Below are positions 58,772 to 64,000 of a DNA stretch of 64,000 nt, one piece after another. Where the stretch lies: positions 186,001-250,000 of the IMG/VR virus record IMGVR_UViG_3300047994_000374; one strand, 5' to 3'. The notes under the pieces are model-generated. The model saw only the letters and a list, made by a program, of their open reading frames with translations. It ran no database searches and was not told the origin of the DNA. Numbering within the stretch: the first letter of the stretch is position 1; every line of letters starts with the position of its first letter. Made by a program: the position numbers and the translations under genes.

Positions 58772-61700
58772 TTGGTACCATCATTGCCAAACCAAATTTC
58801 ACCAAAAGGATTCATATAATAATTCGCAGCGCCGGTTGTTCCTTCAATAAGTTCAGTATTATTAGGTTTAAAGTTCATAGTTGGTCCGGTTGGGCCAGAA
58901 ATTCCTAATGCTCCAGTTATATCTTTAAATCCTATTATTCTATAAGTTGCTACGGCGGGCATTATATATGTTGCTCCAGCCGAATGATTATGATAAATTA
59001 AATAATCACCTCCAGATGCCCCTACAGAATATGTGGCGTTATTATTAGTTCGAAAAGTAATTATTACTGGTGGAGTTAGATTTCCAGATGGCCCTGTTGG
59101 ACCGGTAACTCCTTGAATACCCTGCGCGCCAGTTGGTCCAGTAGCTCCTGTTAATCCCTGAATTCCCTGTACACCTTGAGGTCCTGTAGATCCGGTTACA
59201 CCCTGAATTCCCTGAGCACCTTGAGGTCCGGTTGACCCAGTAACTCCCTGAATACCTTGAACGCCGGTCGAGCCCTGTGGTCCTTGCGGTCCTGTTGCTC
59301 CAGTTACACCCTGAATACCTTGTGAACCTTGTGGTCCAGTTGCGCCAGTTAATCCTGTAACTCCAGGTGATCCCTGTGCACCTTGAGGTCCGATTGCGCC
59401 GGTAAGGCCAGTGACTCCAGGAATCCCTTGCGGGCCCGTGACACCTGTTGTTCCTGGAATTCCTTGAGGACCAATAGGTCCTGTTGCGCCCGTTAAACCA
59501 GTCACCCCTGGAGAACCTTGCGCACCTTGAGGACCAGTAGCTCCTGTTAAACCTGTAATTCCCTGGACACCAGTAGCACCTTGAGGTCCAGTTGCGCCTG
59601 TTAGACCTGTAACTCCTGGGCTTCCCTGAATACCTTGAGGTCCTATGCTACCTGTTAATCCTGTTACACCAGGTGAACCTTGGTTGCCTTGAGGCCCTGT
59701 AGCGCCAGTAAGTCCTGTTACACCTGGAATACCCTGCACTCCAGTTGCGCCTTGTGGACCAGTAGATCCAGTTACACCAGTTATTCCTGGAGATCCTTGA
59801 GCGCCCTGAGATCCTGTAGATCCAGTTAACCCAGTGACTCCTGGAGATCCTTGATTTCCTTGTGGCCCAGTTGATCCTGTTACACCCTGAATGCCTTGAG
59901 GTCCTGTAGCGCCTGTTAAACCAGTTATTCCGGGAGATCCTTGCGCACCCTGAGGTCCGGTTGGTCCTGTTGGGTCGGCAATAAAAATATTAGCTATACC
60001 ACCAGTAGCTGAACCAGAAACACCAGGACCTTGAAAATTAATTACTGAAAATAAACCTACAGTAGCAACGCCGTTACGAACAATAATACCTGAAAATCCA
60101 ATACCTGTAATACCTTGAGGTCCAGTAAATCCTGGAATGCCTTGAATTCCTGTTGCGCCTTGTGGGCCTGTTGCTCCGGTAACACCTGGCGAACCTTGCG
60201 GTCCCGTACTTCCTGTTAAACCGGTAATGCCTGGAGATCCTTGTACTCCTTGTGGACCTGTTGATCCTGTTAGTCCTGTAATACCCGGTGTCCCCTGTAA
60301 ACCCTGTGGTCCTGTAGCTCCAGTAATACCTGGGCTTCCCTGATTACCTTGTGGTCCTTGTGCGCCAGTTAAACCTGTTACACCAGGTGAACCTTGATTT
60401 CCTTGAGGTCCTGTAGCTCCAGTTAGGCCTGTAACTCCCGGAGATCCTTGTATACCCTGAATGCCTGTTGCTCCTTGTGGTCCTGTTGCACCAGTAAGTC
60501 CCGTAATACCAGGCGATCCTTGTACGCCTTGTGGTCCAGTCGAGCCCGTAAGACCTGTAACTCCTGGATTTCCTTGAGGACCTGTAGCACCTTGTGGACC
60601 TGTTGATCCTGTAACTCCTGGACTTCCCTGATTTCCCTGTGGGCCAGTAGCACCGGTCAAACCTGTAGTTCCTGGGATACCCTGAATTCCTTGGGGACCA
60701 GTAGGTCCGGTGACCCCTGTTAAGCCGGTAACTCCGGGTGATCCTTGTTGACCCTGAGGTCCAGTGACGCCCGTAAGTCCTGTAACTCCTGGAATGCCCT
60801 GCGCTCCAGTAGCACCTTGAGGTCCCGTAAATCCGGTTAACCCGGGAGCGCCCTGAGGTCCCGTGGCACCTGTTAATCCAGTTATACCCGGTGATCCTTG
60901 GAGACCCTGAATTCCTTGTGGCCCTGTTGGACCTGTAGCTCCAGTTAAACCTGTAACTCCTGGAGATCCCTGTACGCCTTGCGGTCCAATTGGACCAGTA
61001 GCTCCGGTTAAACCCGTAACACCTGGAGAACCTTGAATGCCTTGAGGACCAACTGGTCCAGTAGCGCCTGTTAGTCCAGTGACACCTGGATTTCCTTGAC
61101 TTCCCTGTGGTCCCGTAGCTCCAGTTAAGCCTGGATTACCTTGCGGTCCTGTTGAGCCTGTTGCGCCTTGAGGTCCAGTCGCTCCCGTTAAACCGGTGAT
61201 TCCCTGAATTCCTTGAACGCCTGTTGCTCCTTGCGGTCCAATTGCGCCAGTTAATCCAGTTACACCTGGACTTCCTTGCAAACCTTGTGCACCGCCAGGT
61301 CCTGTAGCGCCAGTTAACCCAGTAACTCCAGGTGAGCCTTGAGCGCCTTGCAGACCCGTTGCTCCTTGAATTCCTTGAGAACCTGTTGAGCCTGTAACTC
61401 CTGGCGAACCTTGATTGCCCTGAGGTCCTGTTGCTCCCGTTAAACCAGTAATACCTGGTGAACCTTGTGAACCTTGTGTGCCTTGGGGACCGGCACTTCC
61501 TGTAACACCTGGACTTCCCTGACTACCTTGAGGTCCAATAGGTCCCGTGCTGCCAGTTAATCCCGTTACACCTGGTGACCCTTGAGAACCTTGAGTCCCA
61601 GTTGCGCCAGTAACTCCTTGTAAACCTGTAGTTCCTTGGGGTCCAGTACTTCCTGTAACACCAGGAATACCTTGAACACCAGTAGACCCCTGCAAACCCG

Positions 61701-63999
61701 TCGCTCCTGTTAGTCCTGGCGATCCTTGAACGCCTTGAGGTCCAGTCGAGCCTGTAACTCCTGGAATGCCCTGAGAACCTTGGGGACCAGTAGCTCCTGT
61801 TAAGCCTGTAAATCCTGGAGAACCTTGAATTCCTTGAGAACCGGTTGATCCAGTAACACCTTGAATTCCTGTAGCTCCCTGGGGACCTGTAAAGCCAGTC
61901 ACTCCAGTAATACCAGGAGAACCTTGAGGTCCTTGCGCTCCACCTGGACCTGTAGCACCAGTTAACCCAGTTACACCAGGTGAGCCTTGTACACCGCCCG
62001 GACCTGTAGCGCCCGTTAATCCTTGAATGCCAGTTGCTCCTTGAGGTCCAGTTGCACCAGTTAAGCCCGTAATACCTGGAGATCCCTGCGATCCTTGAGG
62101 TCCTGTTAAACCTATTACGCCTTGACTACCTGTCGCTCCCTGTGGACCAGTACTTCCAGTTACACCTGGACTTCCTTGATTACCCTGCAATCCAGCTGCG
62201 CCAGTAATACCCGGCGAGCCTTGTAAACCTTGTGCGCCGATGGGTCCCATTGCTCCAGTGACGCCAGTAACACCTTGAACTCCAGTCGCTCCTTGAATTC
62301 CTGTAACACCTTGGAGTCCAGTTACACCTGGCGAACCTTGTGGTCCATTAGATCCCGTAACTCCAGGTGAGCCTTGAGGTCCAGTAGATCCGATTAAACC
62401 AGTTACACCTGGAGATCCCTGAAGTCCTTGTGCTCCACCTGGACCAGTAGCTCCAGTTACTCCCTGTACACCTTGTGATCCTTGCGGTCCTGTAGCTCCT
62501 GTTAAACCAGTAATACCTGGGCTTCCCTGTAATCCTTGAGGTCCTGTAGATCCTTGTGAACCAGTACTACCAGTTACACCAGGTGAACCTTGAGGTCCTT
62601 GTGCTCCTGTAGAGCCAGTTATACCTTGACTGCCAGTTGAACCTGTAACGCCTTGAAGTCCAGTAACTCCCTGTGGACCAGTTGCTCCTTGAGGTCCGGT
62701 CGCTCCAGTTATACCCTGCAATCCTTGTGGACCAGTAGGTCCTGTAACACCCGTAATACCCTGCGGTCCAATTGAACCAGTTGCACCTTGAATTCCTGCG
62801 CTTCCTGTTGGTCCCTGTAAACCTGTTGCGCCTTGAGATCCTGTTGAACCTTGTGGTCCAGTTGATCCTGTTACACCTGGTGATCCTTGAAGCCCTTGTG
62901 CACCTGCAGGTCCAGTGGCACCTGTGATGCCTTGTAGTCCTGTAGCGCCTTGTGGACCAGTAACTCCTTGTTGACCTTGCGGACCAGTTGATCCAGTTAC
63001 GCCTTGAATTCCAGCAGCACCTTGTTGACCTTGAGATCCTATAGATCCTGTAGCTCCCTGAAGTCCTGTAACTCCTTGAGGTCCAATAGACCCGGTTGAT
63101 CCTTGTGAACCGGTTGCTCCCTGAATTCCAGTAGCTCCTTGAATGCCTGTAGCTCCTTGAGGTCCAGTTGCGCCCTGAATGCCTTGTGGACCAGTTGAAC
63201 CGGTAACTCCTTGAACTCCCGTTGCTCCTTGTAATCCCTGAGGTCCTGTTGGTCCAGTAGTTCCTTGCGCTCCAACAGGCCCTGTAGAACCCGTTACACC
63301 TTGAATACCTTGAACTCCGGTCGCACCTTGTGATCCTGTGCTGCCAACACTTCCTGTCGAACCAATAGCTCCAGTTGAACCTTGTAATCCAGTAGATCCT
63401 TGTGATCCAGTAGCGCCTTGAGGTCCTGTAGGTCCTGTAGCTCCGATTAATCCCGTAGCTCCTTGTGCGCCTGTTGGTCCAGTAACTCCCTGAATACCTT
63501 GAGAACCTGTAGGTCCTGTAGCTCCAGTAGCGCCTTGTATACCTTGTGGACCAGTAGCACCAATGCTACCTGTAACACCAGTAACTCCTTGAATACCCTG
63601 TGGACCAATTGATCCTGTTGGTCCTTGGGCACCAGTATTTCCTTGAGCGCCAGTAGGTCCTTGAGATCCTGTTGGTCCCGTTGAACCTGTTGCGCCTTGT
63701 ATTCCTTGTGGTCCAGTAGATCCTTGAATACCTTGAGCACCAGTTAAGCCTTGTGATCCTGTTGGACCAATAGCTCCTGTTGGACCAGGTGCACCTGCAG
63801 GTCCCGTTGCGCCTTGCGTTCCTGCAGGACCAGTTGGACCTGTAGCACCAGTAGCTCCTTGCAACCCAAATCCCGCTGGACCTGTAGCTCCAGTTACACC
63901 AGGTAAACCTTGTGCGCCAGTTGGTCCTGGAAGACCTGTAGCTCCTTGTTGACCAGTAGCACCAAATCCTGCTGGTCCAGTTGGTCCTGTAGGTCCTGG
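58753..63999 (-). CDS. giant collagen-like fibre protein (5'-truncated by window; at least 1748 aa)
   Basis: The frame is open beyond the track's TTG at 63864 to the window edge ([16 protein letters not shown]...). About 1600 GXY residues, one non-collagen insert, and a C-terminal domain ending [11 protein letters not shown]. Confidence 0.9.
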   Translation of the reverse strand, partial: PGPTGPTGPAGFGATGQQGATGLPGPTGAQGLPGVTGATGPAGFGLQGATGATGPTGPAGTQGATGPAGAPGPTGAIGPTGSQGLTGAQGIQGSTGPQGIQGATGSTGPTGSQGPTGAQGNTGAQGPTGSIGPQGIQGVTGVTGSIGATGPQGIQGATGATGPTGSQGIQGVTGPTGAQGATGLIGATGPTGPQGATGSQGSTGLQGSTGAIGSTGSVGSTGSQGATGVQGIQGVTGSTGPVGAQGTTGPTGPQGLQGATGVQGVTGSTGPQGIQGATGPQGATGIQGATGIQGATGSQGSTGSIGPQGVTGLQGATGSIGSQGQQGAAGIQGVTGSTGPQGQQGVTGPQGATGLQGITGATGPAGAQGLQGSPGVTGSTGPQGSTGSQGATGLQGPTGSAGIQGATGSIGPQGITGVTGPTGPQGLQGITGATGPQGATGPQGVTGLQGVTGSTGSQGITGSTGAQGPQGSPGVTGSTGSQGSTGPQGLQGSPGITGLTGATGPQGSQGVQGVTGATGPGGAQGLQGSPGVTGLIGSTGPQGSPGVTGSNGPQGSPGVTGLQGVTGIQGATGVQGVTGVTGAMGPIGAQGLQGSPGITGAAGLQGNQGSPGVTGSTGPQGATGSQGVIGLTGPQGSQGSPGITGLTGATGPQGATGIQGLTGATGPGGVQGSPGVTGLTGATGPGGAQGPQGSPGITGVTGFTGPQGATGIQGVTGSTGSQGIQGSPGFTGLTGATGPQGSQGIPGVTGSTGPQGVQGSPGLTGATGLQGSTGVQGIPGVTGSTGPQGTTGLQGVTGATGTQGSQGSPGVTGLTGSTGPIGPQGSQGSPGVTGSAGPQGTQGSQGSPGITGLTGATGPQGNQGSPGVTGSTGSQGIQGATGLQGAQGSPGVTGLTGATGPGGAQGLQGSPGVTGLTGAIGPQGATGVQGIQGITGLTGATGPQGATGSTGPQGNPGLTGATGPQGSQGNPGVTGLTGATGPVGPQGIQGSPGVTGLTGATGPIGPQGVQGSPGVTGLTGATGPTGPQGIQGLQGSPGITGLTGATGPQGAPGLTGFTGPQGATGAQGIPGVTGLTGVTGPQGQQGSPGVTGLTGVTGPTGPQGIQGIPGTTGLTGATGPQGNQGSPGVTGSTGPQGATGPQGNPGVTGLTGSTGPQGVQGSPGITGLTGATGPQGATGIQGIQGSPGVTGLTGATGPQGNQGSPGVTGLTGAQGPQGNQGSPGITGATGPQGLQGTPGITGLTGSTGPQGVQGSPGITGLTGSTGPQGSPGVTGATGPQGATGIQGIPGFTGPQGITGIGFSGIIVRNGVATVGLFSVINFQGPGVSGSATGGIANIFIADPTGPTGPQGAQGSPGITGLTGATGPQGIQGVTGSTGPQGNQGSPGVTGLTGSTGSQGAQGSPGITGVTGSTGPQGATGVQGIPGVTGLTGATGPQGNQGSPGVTGLTGSIGPQGIQGSPGVTGLTGATGPQGATGVQGITGLTGATGPQGAQGSPGVTGLTGATGPIGPQGIPGTTGVTGPQGIPGVTGLTGAIGPQGAQGSPGVTGLTGATGPQGSQGIQGVTGATGPQGPQGSTGVQGIQGVTGSTGPQGAQGIQGVTGSTGPQGVQGIQGLTGATGPTGAQGIQGVTGPTGPSGNLTPPVIITFRTNNNATYSVGASGGDYLIYHNHSAGATYIMPAVATYRIIGFKDITGALGISGPTGPTMNFKPNNTELIEGTTGAANYYMNPFGEIWFGNDGTNWWIIQ
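59083..63999 (-). repeat. Gly-X-Y codon repeat with higher-order 15-18 aa units
   Basis: Recurrent unit such as [15 protein letters not shown], with heavy synonymous variation at the DNA level. Confidence 0.9.
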
Positions 64000-64000
64000 T

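Noticed and set aside
63862-63864. Track start codon of the 1703-aa collagen
   Set aside because: It is an internal TTG (Leu); the frame remains open and collagenous to the window edge.

Overview
AT-rich, gene-dense window from a large (jumbo-type) contractile-tailed bacteriophage genome, read in the standard genetic code and almost entirely on the minus strand. No capsid, portal or terminase gene lies in the window. From left to right: (1) 1-34.6 kb is the baseplate/tail module, with a baseplate J-like start, gp25-like wedge, spike, hub, tube initiator, tape measure, a tail assembly chaperone with a -1 slippery site, tube, a 928-aa sheath, a tail-completion candidate, a 2078-aa fibre with a beta-helix-like region, three tandem paralogues and a neck candidate. 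(2) 34.6-39.5 kb is an accessory island with an adenine MTase and putative endonuclease pair, an HExxH protein, a 2H phosphoesterase (Acb1/LigT-like), a GIY-YIG protein and a LAGLIDADG protein. (3) 39.6-43.6 kb holds a second neck candidate, small ORFs, a cold-shock protein and a patatin. (4) 43.6-51.8 kb is a nucleotide-sugar and glycosyltransferase operon. (5) 51.8-64 kb holds fibre genes: Thr/Gln-rich collagens, one at least 1748 aa and running off the window edge, plus glycine-rich modules. The strongest candidate for an under-described system is blocks 4 and 5 together: a self-contained phage pathway that may build a C-methylated sugar and O-glycosylate very long, uncharged, Thr-rich collagen fibres. 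All product names come from motif reading and gene order only; no database search was run.
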